NCBI GenBank assembly: GCA_947259535.1 | Contig: CAMYME010000032.1 | Coordinates: forward strand, 18,649-42,648 | Direction: 5' to 3' | From: an uncultured Desulfuromonadales bacterium | GTDB lineage: Bacteria > Desulfobacterota > Desulfuromonadia > Desulfuromonadales > Geopsychrobacteraceae | DNA: 24,000 bases | In this document: positions 22,988 through 24,000 of the stretch, piece after piece | Numbering within the stretch: the first letter of the stretch is position 1 | Layout: every line of letters begins with the position of its first letter | Notes under the pieces: generated by a model | Database searches by the model: none | Seen by the model: the letters and a program-made list of their open reading frames with translations, nothing else | What the model was told of the DNA's origin: nothing | Translations under genes and position numbers: made by a program

Positions 22988-24000
22988 CTAAAGGATGACC
23001 CCATTTTCACTTTGTCGCGCCTTTTTTGTCGATACATCTCTCATCCACTGAACCCCATCGTAGACTCCCCCAATGAGGGCAATACTGAGGATCGTTAGTG
23101 CAAAAACCAAGAGAGCATAGGTAACTGCCTGCCCTTGACTGATTCCCATACTGCCGAGCAAGACGATTGCCGTCAGCTCCCTCAATCCTAACCCGGAAAA
23201 AGTAATCGGAACCATTGTGATCAGGATCAACACACACCTTAGCCAACCCACGGTCATGAACGACAAGCCGAGATCCATCGACTGGGCAATCGCGTAATAC
23301 GCCACTACGCCCAGCAGGTGCGCCGCAATGGAATACAAAAAAATAAAGAGCAAATTCCGAACCGGCAACCGATGATAGGCGGTGACGTTTTCTTTTAACT
23401 TCATTACGGTCGCCTTAACCCAGGCAAAGTTGGCGACAGGTTCGAAACGCGCAATGAGTGCGAGGGCGGTCCGGCTCAACATAAGAACCATCAACAATGT
23501 ACTAATCACCATCCCGCTCACAAGCCCGAGGAAGGATTCGGCCGACGAAATGGGCCAATCTCCTATAAGCATGATTATACCCACCAGACAAAGAGTAACG
23601 CTTGCTGTTATTCTGTCGGCCAATATCGCTGCCACAGCCCAGGAATACCGTTCTTCAGTACGCACCAGCTTGTAAAACCGGACCGCAAGACCCGTCACGT
23701 TTCCCATGGGTAAAAATAAACCGTAGAAAATTGACGAGATGTTAATGAAAAACGTTTTTGTTCTTGTTAATGCCACCGAATGCGGCGTAATCAGGGCATG
23801 CAGCCGCACTGCAACGGCCAACTGCATAAAGAGTGACATCACGAAGGCGGCCACCAACCAGGGAGCCTTAACGTGAGACATGTTGACCAGAATAGTTTGC
23901 AGTCCGACTTTGTTAAATAAGTACAACAGGATTGTGACGGCCACCGATAGCTTTAATAGATAAATGACAATATTTCGGGCGGCAATCGGTGTATTTGACA
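22988..24000 (-). CDS. Polytopic membrane protein, flippase-like / lysylphosphatidylglycerol-synthase TM-region (UPF0104) family; the N-terminus probably lies outside the window
   Basis: The minus-strand frame stays open from 23944 to the window edge (upstream residues ...SNTPIAARNIVIYLLKLS-). The protein is highly hydrophobic, with 8 or more TM segments. The family call is a recollection-level pattern match. It is convergent with smpB, and its composition is clearly more AT-rich than the rest of the window. Confidence 0.5.
   Translation of the reverse strand, partial: SNTPIAARNIVIYLLKLSVAVTILLYLFNKVGLQTILVNMSHVKAPWLVAAFVMSLFMQLAVAVRLHALITPHSVALTRTKTFFINISSIFYGLFLPMGNVTGLAVRFYKLVRTEERYSWAVAAILADRITASVTLCLVGIIMLIGDWPISSAESFLGLVSGMVISTLLMVLMLSRTALALIARFEPVANFAWVKATVMKLKENVTAYHRLPVRNLLFIFLYSIAAHLLGVVAYYAIAQSMDLGLSFMTVGWLRCVLILITMVPITFSGLGLRELTAIVLLGSMGISQGQAVTYALLVFALTILSIALIGGVYDGVQWMRDVSTKKARQSENGVIL

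Noticed and set aside
1-24000. I searched for selenocysteine recoding (ORFs split by an in-frame TGA), CRISPR repeats, IS or transposase ends, integrases, and long direct or inverted repeats.
   Set aside because: The reading frames tile the window with minimal gaps, and no gene looks interrupted by TGA. I saw no periodic repeat-spacer pattern or terminal inverted repeats by eye. A computational repeat scan would be needed to be definitive.

Overview
The window is GC-rich, tightly packed bacterial chromosome, with every gene on the + strand except the last. Gene content looks like a Desulfuromonadales/Geobacter-type deltaproteobacterium, but that is an inference and nothing in the window is diagnostic. 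No rRNA, tRNA, tmRNA, CRISPR array, IS element or integrase was recognised.

The left third (1-7519) reads as one operon with overlapping or near-abutting stop and start codons. In order it encodes two secreted parallel beta-helix proteins, an orphan PhnD-like lipoprotein binding protein, a membrane-anchored helical protein and a YedE-family membrane protein of the selenium-associated type. A RiPP-like core follows:
- a PqqD/RRE protein
- a radical SAM/SPASM enzyme
- an unannotated 18-codon ORF (MKKYMKPRVVGSSNVHPC) with a consensus Shine-Dalgarno, followed by a perfect 10-bp GC hairpin
- a degenerate radical-SAM paralog that keeps only its SPASM cysteines
- a class-V cysteine desulfurase/selenocysteine-lyase-like enzyme

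This PqqD + rSAM/SPASM + SPASM-only trio fits what I recall being named the 'GeoRSP system' in TIGRFAMs/NCBIfam. To my knowledge no substrate or function is assigned to it. The small ORF is my candidate for the missing precursor, and the flanking chalcogen-trafficking genes suggest sulfur or selenium chemistry.

The rest is housekeeping: a small lipoprotein, PIN-PhoH2, tsaD, a DUF2062 protein, rsmA, a giant NAD-glutamate dehydrogenase and a flavin reductase. These are followed by panB-panC plus a PLP-dependent aspartate decarboxylase, an amidohydrolase, an RseC-like protein and smpB. The window ends with a convergent, visibly AT-richer membrane protein gene.

Secondary oddities are an apparent ~19-codon in-frame gap in panB, a structured 260-nt leader upstream of panB, and a compositional break after smpB.
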